A stretch of 64,000 nucleotides of DNA, taken from Acidimicrobiales bacterium. Lineage in GTDB: Bacteria > Actinomycetota > Acidimicrobiia > Acidimicrobiales > DATDAH01. Position 1 is the stretch's first letter. Each line of letters starts with the position of its first letter. Positions 54,046 to 64,000 of this stretch are shown one piece after another. The notes under the pieces were generated by a model, which was not told where the DNA came from, did not search any database, and saw only the letters and a list, made by a program, of their open reading frames with translations. The position numbers and the translations under genes are program-made. Where the stretch lies: contig DATDAH010000244.1 in the NCBI GenBank assembly GCA_036525535.1, forward strand, positions 4,698 through 68,697. Reading direction: 5' to 3'.

Positions 54046-54638
54046 GCGTGACCCTGGTCGTGCTGGTCGGCAGCGGCGTGGTGCTGGTCGGCTGGATCTG
54101 GGCCTCCTACAACCGCTTCGCGCTGCAGCGGGAGATGGTGGAGAACTCCTGGTCCACCGTCGACACCGAGCTGCGGCGGCGCTACGACCTCATCCCGAAC
54201 CTGGTCGCCACCGTGAAGGGTTACGCCGCCCACGAGCGCGAGACGCTGGAAACCGTGGTCGAGGCCCGGAGCCAGGCCGTCGCCGCCACTGGGGCCCCGG
54301 AGGAGCAGGCCCCTGCCGAAAATCTGCTGGTGGACGGGCTGAAGCAGCTGTTCGCCGTGGCTGAGGCCTACCCCGACCTGAAGGCCGACGTCCACTTCCT
54401 GGAGCTCCAGAAGGAGCTGGCCGCCACCGAGAACCGCATCCAGGCCGCCCGGCGCATCTTCAACGGCAACGTCCGGGACCTCAACCGGCGCGTTCAGCAG
54501 GTGCCGTCGAACCTCGTCGCCAAGGTCGGTGGCTTCCACCGGGCCGAGTACTTCCAGATCGACGCCGCCGCCCGCGCGGTGCCCGTCGCGTCGCTGGCGC
54601 CGGACCTGCCGAGCGAAGCGAAGCCAGTCAAAAGTTGA
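54042..54638 (+). CDS. lemA: LemA family protein
   Basis: 198 aa with an N-terminal TM span and the LemA core YNRFALQREMVENSWSTVDTELRRRYDLIPNLV...AENRIQAARRIFN. Confidence 0.8.
   Translation: MSVTLVVLVGSGVVLVGWIWASYNRFALQREMVENSWSTVDTELRRRYDLIPNLVATVKGYAAHERETLETVVEARSQAVAATGAPEEQAPAENLLVDGLKQLFAVAEAYPDLKADVHFLELQKELAATENRIQAARRIFNGNVRDLNRRVQQVPSNLVAKVGGFHRAEYFQIDAAARAVPVASLAPDLPSEAKPVKS
54596..54630 (-). repeat. dispersed intergenic repeat, copy C (block 1)
   Basis: The reverse complement TGACTGGCTTCGCTTCGCTCGGCAGGTCCGGCGCC is 31/35 identical to copy A. It begins at the TGA of the minus-strand ACAD gene and lies inside the 3' tail of the lemA ORF. Confidence 0.7.
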
Positions 54639-55809
54639 TCGGGTTCCCGTCGCGGGACTGTTTGAGGATGCGTCTCGCGACCGTGTGGACGTGGACCTCG
54701 TCGGGGCCGTCGTAGATCCGGGCGAAGCGGGCCGAGCGGTACATGAAGCTGAGCGGCGTGTCGTCGGTCAGGCCCTTGGCCCCGTGGGCCTGGATCGCCC
54801 GGTCGATGACGTTGTGCAGCATCCGGGCCCCGACCACCTTGATGGTGCCGATCTCCACCCGGGCCTGGTCGCCGGCGTCGATGCGCTCCGCGGCCTGGAG
54901 GGTGAGCAGGCGGCAGGCCTGGATCTCGGCGTAGGACTCGAACACGTGCTGCTGCATGAGCTGCTTGTGCGACAGCGGTTCGCCGAAGGCCACCCGCGCG
55001 TTCAGCCGCTCGCAGAGCAGCTCGAAGGCCCGCTGGGCCTGCCCCAGCCACCGCATGCAGTGGAAGATCCGCCCGGGGCCCAGCCGGTCCTGGGCGATCT
55101 GGAAGCCGTGCCCCCGGGGGCCGAGGAGGTTGCCGGCCGGCACCCGCACGTCGGTGTAGCGGACCTCGCAGTGCCCACCCTTGATGCCCAACACCGGCGT
55201 CTCCCTGACGATCTGGTAGCCAGACGTGTCGGTCGGGACCACGATCATCGAGAAGGCGCGGTGGTCCGGGGCGTCGGGCTCGGTCCGGCACATGACCGTC
55301 GTGTAGGCCGCCCGGTTGGCCCCCGTCGTGAACCACTTCAGGCCGTTGATGACCCACTCCTCGCCGTCGAGCACGGCGGCGGTCTGGAGCTGGGTGGGAT
55401 CCGACGACGCCACCTCGGGCTCCGTCATGGCGAAGCTGGGCGAGATCTCGGCCGCCACCAGGGGGGCGAGGTAGCGCTCCCGCCACTCGGGGCTGGCGTA
55501 CTTGTCCAGCATCAGGGAGTCCTGGAGGGTGAAGGTGCCGAGGGCGAGCTGGCCGAACTCGCTGCGGCCCTGGACCTCGTTGACGTAGACGTAGTCCAGG
55601 AAGGGCAGGCCCCCGCCGCCCAGCTCGGCCGGGTGCCCGAGGGCCCACAGGCCCTCGGCCTTGGCCTCGGCCTGCAGTTCCCGCAGCAGGTCGCGGGCGG
55701 CCTCGTCGCCGGCGTGGAGCTCCGGTTCGGCGGGCTCGACCCGCTCCCGCATGAACGCCTCCACGGCCGCTCGCACCGGCCGCACATGTTCGGGCACCTC
55801 GAAGCTCAT
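54628..55809 (-). CDS. acyl-CoA dehydrogenase family protein
   Basis: The start is trimmed to MSFEVPEHVRPV. It contains AMTEPEVASSDPTQL and C-terminal IYDGPDEVHVHTVARRIL. GGAGGAG lies just upstream. Confidence 0.85.
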   Translation of the reverse strand: MSFEVPEHVRPVRAAVEAFMRERVEPAEPELHAGDEAARDLLRELQAEAKAEGLWALGHPAELGGGGLPFLDYVYVNEVQGRSEFGQLALGTFTLQDSLMLDKYASPEWRERYLAPLVAAEISPSFAMTEPEVASSDPTQLQTAAVLDGEEWVINGLKWFTTGANRAAYTTVMCRTEPDAPDHRAFSMIVVPTDTSGYQIVRETPVLGIKGGHCEVRYTDVRVPAGNLLGPRGHGFQIAQDRLGPGRIFHCMRWLGQAQRAFELLCERLNARVAFGEPLSHKQLMQQHVFESYAEIQACRLLTLQAAERIDAGDQARVEIGTIKVVGARMLHNVIDRAIQAHGAKGLTDDTPLSFMYRSARFARIYDGPDEVHVHTVARRILKQSRDGNPINF

Positions 55810-55810
55810 C

Positions 55811-56920
55811 TCACTCCTCCTGTTCGACGGACGTGGGTCGCCGCGGACGACGGAACCTGAGCCGGGGCAGGTCGCCCATGCGGTCCGAGGACCACAGGGC
55901 GGGGGGCGGCTGCACCAGCGCACACAGCTCGAGCAGCACCCGGTCGTAGTTGACCCGCCAGCCGGCGAAGTCCCGCCAACACTGATCCCGGTCCGGCTTC
56001 AGCGGGACCCCGGCGGCGCGGAGCTGCTCGTAGACGCCGTCGAACTCGGCCTTGTGGATCGAGATCGGGTCCGTGGGTTGGGGTCGCCGCTCGTGGTGGA
56101 TCCCGAAGAAGTCGGCGATGGCCCGCAGGGCGAGATAGCCCGACCGGATGGTCAGCTCGGCTCTCGCCTGGCGCGGGATGTCGAGGGTGGAGGACCGCAG
56201 GGCGGCCGCGTCGAGGACCGCCCCCGCCCCGGTGAGCCAGGAGCGGTGGTCGTCGATGGAGCGGAAGTGGACCAGCGCCGGATAGGTGGTGTGGCTCTCC
56301 TCGAGCTCGACGAACCAGTCCTCCCAGTCCGGCCACATGTCGTCGAGCTGCTCGAGCCGCTCGAGGCGGTGGTGCCGGATGAACATCTCGGCGGGCGTCG
56401 GCGGGGTGCCCGCCCGGCTGGAGAGCTTGGCCACCAGGTGCTCCCGGCGGGAGAAGTGGCCGTACATCGTGGGCAGGAAGCTGATGAGCAGGGCGACCAG
56501 GCCCAGGCCGATGACCGCCTCGACCACGGCGGCGCCCAGCGGCGGGCCCTCGTTGGGGCGGGAGAAGCCCAGCGTGGTGACCGACGAACCGGACAGCACG
56601 AACTCCTCGCCGATGGGGTCGGCACCGAGGGCCCAGTAGATGGGCACGAACCCGATCATCACCCCGGTCACCCAGGCCAAGGGCATCAGCATCAGGGTCG
56701 TGGGGCCGTAGCGGGCCCGGATCGCCTCCCGCCGGGTCACGGTGCGGGCGCGGCAGGCGAAGAACTCGAACGGCCGGCGGACCACCACGAAGAGGACCCG
56801 GGTGAGCCACACCTGCTCGGGCCGCGGCACCACCACGGTCCACACCGCGGCCCGCACCACCCAGAGCACGACCGACGCGCCGGCGGCGAACGCCAGGAGC
56901 TGGACCGCGAAACTCGCCAT
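55811..56920 (-). CDS. membrane protein with K+-channel-like pore module (degenerate filter) and large cytoplasmic domain
   Basis: 369 aa with a TM - pore-helix-like - TM arrangement around EEFVLSGSSVTTLGFSRPNEG. A soluble domain of roughly 200 residues follows. The stop is 1 nt from the ACAD start. Confidence 0.55.
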   Translation of the reverse strand: MASFAVQLLAFAAGASVVLWVVRAAVWTVVVPRPEQVWLTRVLFVVVRRPFEFFACRARTVTRREAIRARYGPTTLMLMPLAWVTGVMIGFVPIYWALGADPIGEEFVLSGSSVTTLGFSRPNEGPPLGAAVVEAVIGLGLVALLISFLPTMYGHFSRREHLVAKLSSRAGTPPTPAEMFIRHHRLERLEQLDDMWPDWEDWFVELEESHTTYPALVHFRSIDDHRSWLTGAGAVLDAAALRSSTLDIPRQARAELTIRSGYLALRAIADFFGIHHERRPQPTDPISIHKAEFDGVYEQLRAAGVPLKPDRDQCWRDFAGWRVNYDRVLLELCALVQPPPALWSSDRMGDLPRLRFRRPRRPTSVEQEE

Positions 56921-56947
56921 GCGCGCCGGAGCGTAACGGCGGGGCTG

Positions 56948-57952
56948 CTACTCCTCGGCGAGGTCAGGCATGAGGGAGAGGGTGAAGGCGCCGGAGCGGA
57001 AGGCGACGATCACGGCGCCGACACCGACACCGAGGGCCAGCGCGGTGACCAGGCGCTCGAAGGCGAACGGGACGTCTGTCGGGAGCACCGGGTTCGACAG
57101 CACCGCGAGCCGGAACACGCCCCAGGTGGCCAGGAACACCCCGCCGGCGAGTAGCCCGACCGTGCGTAGGCGTTCGACGAGCACCGCCACGAGGGCGAGG
57201 ACCACCGCGACGAGGGCGACCACGACGGGCACGATCGAGGCCCCGGTGCCGGAGGGCAGGCTGGTGTAGCCCACCCACGCCACGCCCGCGGCGAGCAGGC
57301 CGACGACGAGGACCAGGACGGCGGGCACCCGGTCGGGCAGCCGTGTCCCCCAGACGCCGAGCGCCACCAGGACCAGCAGGGCCAGGGCGAACCACGGGAT
57401 CGGCGACACCGTCCCCTCGTAGCGAATCACGCCCGAGACGACGATCGGCTGACCATCGACCTCGATCGGGAGCGTCCAATCGAGGGTTCCGCCTGCTGGA
57501 CGCTCACCGCCCATGAAGTGGGTCCGGTGATCGTGCCACGCGTAGGAACCGCCCGAGGACACGACCTGCTCCCAGTCGGGTTCGAGCGTGGTCGCATCGA
57601 CCCCTTGCAGGTTGTCGGGGGCCAGCGCGTTCGTGCCGTACCGAGCGGCATTGATGTAGGTCGCCGGTGAGTTTCGGTTCTGCTCGACGCTTCCGTCGGC
57701 GTTGAACCGGAGGTAGGGCTCCCCTTCGTAGCCCTCGACGACCGCCGCGTGCCCGTTCTCGACCGTGAGTGCGATGAAGGCGTCACCCCCCGCGGTCTCG
57801 ACGGTGAAGCCGGCGGGGTCCGGCTCGATGGAGGTGACCTCCGACGAGTAGCTCCCCGGCTTGGCCGCGTCGGCGGCGGCCGGGCCGGCCCCGAGGACCA
57901 GCCCGACCACCGCCAGGGTCACCGCACGACAGGCGACGGCCCGGGCGCTCAT
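56948..57952 (-). CDS. secreted/membrane hypothetical protein, last gene of copCD-ycnI string
   Basis: 334 aa with a signal-like N-terminus and an extracytoplasmic domain carrying YAWHDHRTHFMGG. About five C-terminal hydrophobic spans follow. No family recognised. Confidence 0.6.
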   Translation of the reverse strand: MSARAVACRAVTLAVVGLVLGAGPAAADAAKPGSYSSEVTSIEPDPAGFTVETAGGDAFIALTVENGHAAVVEGYEGEPYLRFNADGSVEQNRNSPATYINAARYGTNALAPDNLQGVDATTLEPDWEQVVSSGGSYAWHDHRTHFMGGERPAGGTLDWTLPIEVDGQPIVVSGVIRYEGTVSPIPWFALALLVLVALGVWGTRLPDRVPAVLVLVVGLLAAGVAWVGYTSLPSGTGASIVPVVVALVAVVLALVAVLVERLRTVGLLAGGVFLATWGVFRLAVLSNPVLPTDVPFAFERLVTALALGVGVGAVIVAFRSGAFTLSLMPDLAEE

Positions 57953-57956
57953 GGCG

Positions 57957-58613
57957 TCAGGATGCCTGACGGGAGCTCATCACGGCGTAGCCGCCGACAA
58001 GCAGGCCGACGGCCCCGACGATCAGGGCCACGACCGCCAGGCTGTCGCTGCTGCTGTCGTCGCTGCTGATCGTGGCCGTCGCCACGTCGTCGGCGTGCTC
58101 GTCCTCCTCCGCGCCCTCCTCGCCGTGGGTGTGCTCACCGTCGGACTCGGTCAGCGCAACGGCGGGGGCGGGGTGCTCCGGCTCCTCGCCCCCCTCGGGC
58201 GTCTCCTCGATCCAGGACACCTCGTCCCCGCTCTCGCAGGTCTGGATCGTCGGGAACAGCACGGTCTCACCCGGCGTGTCCGGCATCGGCACCGACAGGC
58301 CGAACTCCATGAACTGGTCGTGGGGCAGCGGGCCACCCTCCCAGGTCACGACGACCGGGCCGGCGTCGTCCACCGTCGCCGCCCAGCCGGGGAGGAACTG
58401 GGGTGTGGCCGACTCGACGCCGTCGGGCAGCTGGACCTCGAGCTTCACGGTGCCGGTGTCGTCCTCACAGCCGTGGGGGACGACGAGGGCGAAGGTCACG
58501 AACCCCCCGGCCGGCGCCTCCTCGACGGTGGGCTCGATGTGGGCCCACGCCGGGGCGGCCGGCCCGACGAGCAGGACGCCCGCGCCAGCCAGCACGGTCA
58601 ACAGCTTCTTCAT
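57957..58613 (-). CDS. ycnI: YcnI family (DUF1775) copper-binding protein
   Basis: The start is trimmed to MKKLLTVLAGAGVLLVGPAAPAWAHIEPTVEEAPAGGFVTFALVVPHGC. It has an acidic/His-rich tail and a C-terminal TM anchor. Confidence 0.75.
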   Translation of the reverse strand: MKKLLTVLAGAGVLLVGPAAPAWAHIEPTVEEAPAGGFVTFALVVPHGCEDDTGTVKLEVQLPDGVESATPQFLPGWAATVDDAGPVVVTWEGGPLPHDQFMEFGLSVPMPDTPGETVLFPTIQTCESGDEVSWIEETPEGGEEPEHPAPAVALTESDGEHTHGEEGAEEDEHADDVATATISSDDSSSDSLAVVALIVGAVGLLVGGYAVMSSRQAS

Positions 58614-58645
58614 GACACTCCCTTGGTTTGGATCATGGACAACGC

Positions 58646-60268
58646 TCAGCCCCCGACGAGGACCTCGACCTCGCCGGTCGCCGACTCGAAGCGGGAGATG
58701 TCGGCCGTCACCTGAATGGTCCACCGACCACCGGTGACGAGCTCGTTCCCGTCGATCTGAAAGTGAGCGGGGCCGGCCCGGAAGGGCTCCCGCACGATGG
58801 GGCCGATGTCGTCGGACGGCAGCGACAGGCTGACGCTGACGTCGTCGGCGATCTCCGCCGACCGGCCGTCCTCGTCGAAGAAGTAGAGGTGGATGGCGTT
58901 GCGGCCCGCCTGATTCGGGTCGACGACGATGTTCACCGAGCCGGCGTCCCCGAGGGCCACGGTCTCGCTGAAGATCTCGCCGATGCCCGCGGCACTGCGG
59001 GCCGGGGTGACGTTCACGAGCACGGCGGTGAGGGCGATGGCCACGACGAGAGCCGCGGCCTCGAGGCGGACGCTCTTGCGGAGCAACGACCAGGCCCGAG
59101 TGGCCGACGGCGAGCGTCGGATGGCGGGGACGACCCGGAACCGGTTGTGGGCCCCGATGAGGCCGACGACCAGGACCACGCCGACCTTGGCCAGCAGCGT
59201 CCAGCCGTAGGCGGTGGAGGTCAGCGCCCGCAGGGCCCGGACCTCGGACCAGGACAGAGCGACCCCGGCGGCACCGACGGCGAGGACGCAGACCGTGGCC
59301 ACCCGGGAGAAGCGGCCCACCATCCCGGCCGAAGACGTGTGGTCATCCTCGTCGCGGCGACCCCAAAGGACCACGGCCAGGAGCACGAGGCCGCCGAACC
59401 ACACGGCGGCGGTCACGGTGTGGACGATCCCCGCGCTCACCGCGAGGAGCTCGTCGTCGGTGCTGCGGGTGTGGCCGCTGAGGGCGAACGAACCGGCCGC
59501 GAGCAGCACGCCGGCTCCGATCCCCGCCCGGCGCGTCCCCCCGAGCACGAGCAGCACCAAGCCGAGCAGGCCGAGGAACGTGGCCAGGCCCACCCCCTCC
59601 TGCAGGACCTCGCCCAGCACGCCGTCCTGGGTGATGGCGTCGAAGCCCTGGCCCGTGCCCAGCGCGGCCTGGATCGGGAGCGCGGCCAGGATCCCCACGG
59701 CGCCGACGACCGCCGCGCGGCGGACGAGGCGCCGCAGACGGTCCTCCTCGGGCCCGCGGTCGTGGACGAAGGACAGGAAGAAGGCGCCACCCGCGGCCAG
59801 CAACACGCCGGCGTAGGCCAGGAAGCGGAAGACGACGCCGGCGATCTCCCAGGCCCGATCCGAGCCCTCGTCGAAGAACTGGCTGATCAGCGCCGGGTCG
59901 GCCTGGACGTCGCCGACGCTGAAGACCAGGCCGCCCTGGACCGGATGCCCGTCGTCGGACACGACCCGGTAGGTGGCGACGTACGCGCCGTCGGCCAGGT
60001 CGTCCTGCAGGTCGACGGCGACCACCTCGCCGTCCGCGCGCGTCTCGCCGACGTCGACCCGGTCACCGTTGGCCGAGAACACCCGTAGCCCACCCAGATC
60101 CGCCGACACGGGCTCGTTGAACTCGAGACGGACGCTCTCAGGTGGGGTGTCGAGGCGGGCGCCGTCGCCCGGGGTCGACGCCTCCAGGACGGCGTGGGCC
60201 GACGCCGGGGCGGCACCGAGCAGGAGGAGCGCCGCGACCAGGGCCGCGGCTGCGAGCAGTCGCCTCAC
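58646..60268 (-). CDS. CopC-CopD fusion copper resistance/transport protein with C-terminal Ig-like domain
   Basis: 540 aa with a signal and the CopC domain AHAVLEASTPGDGARLDTPPESVRLEFNEPV. A multi-span CopD-like region and a soluble C-terminal domain follow. Confidence 0.8.
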   Translation of the reverse strand: MRRLLAAAALVAALLLLGAAPASAHAVLEASTPGDGARLDTPPESVRLEFNEPVSADLGGLRVFSANGDRVDVGETRADGEVVAVDLQDDLADGAYVATYRVVSDDGHPVQGGLVFSVGDVQADPALISQFFDEGSDRAWEIAGVVFRFLAYAGVLLAAGGAFFLSFVHDRGPEEDRLRRLVRRAAVVGAVGILAALPIQAALGTGQGFDAITQDGVLGEVLQEGVGLATFLGLLGLVLLVLGGTRRAGIGAGVLLAAGSFALSGHTRSTDDELLAVSAGIVHTVTAAVWFGGLVLLAVVLWGRRDEDDHTSSAGMVGRFSRVATVCVLAVGAAGVALSWSEVRALRALTSTAYGWTLLAKVGVVLVVGLIGAHNRFRVVPAIRRSPSATRAWSLLRKSVRLEAAALVVAIALTAVLVNVTPARSAAGIGEIFSETVALGDAGSVNIVVDPNQAGRNAIHLYFFDEDGRSAEIADDVSVSLSLPSDDIGPIVREPFRAGPAHFQIDGNELVTGGRWTIQVTADISRFESATGEVEVLVGG

Positions 60269-60867
60269 CGGGCGAGGACCGGCTGGGTCGCACGGGCATC
60301 GTCATCGCGGTGGGCCAGGAGCCAGAGCAGGGCCACGCCGGCCACCTCGAGCAGGTGGACGGCTTCACCGGCCCCGGCGGTCGCCCCCGAGATGATGTCG
60401 ACCAGGGCCCCGAGGCTCAGGACCCCCGCCACAACGAGCCCCAGCGGGAGCATCCCCCGGGCCCGGGCGGGCTGCCAGGCGGCGACGAGGAGCCCGACGG
60501 CCAGAGCCGCGGACCAGCTTCCCAGCTCGCGGGTCGTGTGCACGGCTTCACCGCTCGGGCCGGTCAGCAACGACGGAAGGGCGATGACGAGCTGAGCCAG
60601 GGCGACGACCACGAGGCTCCATCGGGCGGCCTCCCGCCGGGGGTCGCGGCGCACGGGCGGGTTGGCGGCCATGACGGCGCCGGCGAGGTCGGGGACGGGC
60701 TCAGCCGGCGTCAGGCGGGTGACCCGGTCGAGGGCCGTGAGCGAGGAGGCGAAGTCGGTGCAGGCGGCACAGCTGGCAAGATGACGGTCCAGCACGGCCA
60801 GTTCGTCGGCCGTGGCCTCACCGTCCAGCCGGGCGGACAGCACATCTCGACTCTGATCACAACGCAT
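60265..60867 (-). CDS. zf-HC2 anti-sigma factor with polytopic membrane domain
   Basis: 200 aa with the N-terminal HLASCAAC zinc-finger anti-sigma motif. About four hydrophobic spans follow. A GTGA overlap links it to copCD. Confidence 0.7.
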   Translation of the reverse strand: MRCDQSRDVLSARLDGEATADELAVLDRHLASCAACTDFASSLTALDRVTRLTPAEPVPDLAGAVMAANPPVRRDPRREAARWSLVVVALAQLVIALPSLLTGPSGEAVHTTRELGSWSAALAVGLLVAAWQPARARGMLPLGLVVAGVLSLGALVDIISGATAGAGEAVHLLEVAGVALLWLLAHRDDDARATQPVLAR

Positions 60868-60876
60868 GCCCTACCT

Positions 60877-60902
60877 GTCGAACCAACCCCCCATCTGGTT
60901 CC
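60877..60902 (-). promoter_or_regulatory. candidate ECF-type promoter (GGAAC-N17-CGAC) with embedded inverted repeat
   Basis: The minus strand reads GGGAACCAGATGGGGGGTTGGTTCGAC followed by AGGTAGGGC and ATG. It contains GAACCA-N10-TGGTTC (60880-60901). Confidence 0.35.
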
Positions 60903-60917
60903 CGGCATGGGCCCGAG

Positions 60918-61460
60918 ATGCCTGACGACCAGCTGACCGAACTGGCCCGACAGGCCGTCGGTGGTGACCGGGTGGCGCTGTCCGACCTCGTCCGGGGCAC
61001 GCAGGCCGACGTGTGGCGGCTGTGCGCCCACCTCGTCGACCGCCAGAGTGCCGACGACCTGACCCAGGACGTCTACGCCCGGGCCATCACCGGCCTCCCC
61101 CACTTCCGGGGGGAGCGCCCGGTGCGCCTCTGGCTCCTCGGCATCGCCCGCCACGTCTGCATCGACGAGGTCCGCCGCCGGACCCGCGGCCGACGGATCC
61201 TGGCCCGCAACGAGGTCGAGGCCATCGAGACGCTCGCCGACCCGACCGGGGTCGTCGACCTCGACGAGCTGCTGGCCGGCCTCGACCCCGATCAGCGCGC
61301 CGCATTCGTCCTGACCCAGGTCCTGGGCCTGCGCTACGCCGAAGCGGCCGAGGCCGTGGGCTGCCCCGTCGGCACCATCCGCAGCCGCGTCGCCCGCGCC
61401 CGTCAACACCTCGTCGCCGCCGTCGCCGCCCCCGCCGAATCCAACCGTTGTGGAACCTGA
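60918..61460 (+). CDS. ECF-type RNA polymerase sigma-70 family factor
   Basis: 180 aa with a region 2 pattern (DLTQDVYARA...W.LGIARHVCIDEVRRR) and a region 4 HTH (LRYAEAAEAVGCPVGTIRSRVARAR). Confidence 0.85.
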   Translation: MPDDQLTELARQAVGGDRVALSDLVRGTQADVWRLCAHLVDRQSADDLTQDVYARAITGLPHFRGERPVRLWLLGIARHVCIDEVRRRTRGRRILARNEVEAIETLADPTGVVDLDELLAGLDPDQRAAFVLTQVLGLRYAEAAEAVGCPVGTIRSRVARARQHLVAAVAAPAESNRCGT

Positions 61461-61510
61461 AACTCGCGCCCCGTCACCGACGACAGGTCCCAGAACGATC
61501 GGGGGGGTGG

Positions 61511-64000
<2,490 letters not shown>

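Overview
This is a very GC-rich, gene-dense chromosomal segment. The gene content looks actinobacterial: mycothiol amidase Mca, NucS, DnaE2, WS/DGAT acyltransferases and several luciferase-like (probably F420-dependent) oxidoreductases. I support about 65 protein-coding genes on both strands, and many are joined by 4-nt stop/start overlaps. I found no rRNA, tRNA, CRISPR array, transposase or integrase. The main themes are: (1) sulfate activation (cysQ fragment, cysD, cysNC); (2) lipid and acyl-CoA metabolism (2 WS/DGAT, 2 acyl-CoA dehydrogenases, thiolase, FadD-like ligase, MaoC hydratase, 3 SDRs, 2 thioesterases); (3) DNA metabolism (nucS, a methyltransferase-Mug fusion, a Cas4/RecB-like nuclease, thermonuclease, dnaE2); (4) two TetR-controlled units; (5) an ECF sigma / anti-sigma - copCD - ycnI copper cluster that ends in an unassignable membrane protein. 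Most long ORFs in the six-frame track are antisense shadow ORFs or spurious N-terminal extensions. I trimmed starts where family N-termini and codon usage indicated. The most unusual observations are listed here. A dispersed intergenic repeat family is built around GCTTCGCTTCG. A GTTCTGGCC motif sits directly after stop codons. A nitroreductase has a conserved N-terminus reachable only from a CTG codon. A methyltransferase-Mug fusion is present. A K-channel-like protein has a degenerate filter. The copper operon has an unusual architecture. All functional calls come from reading motifs by eye, with no database search.
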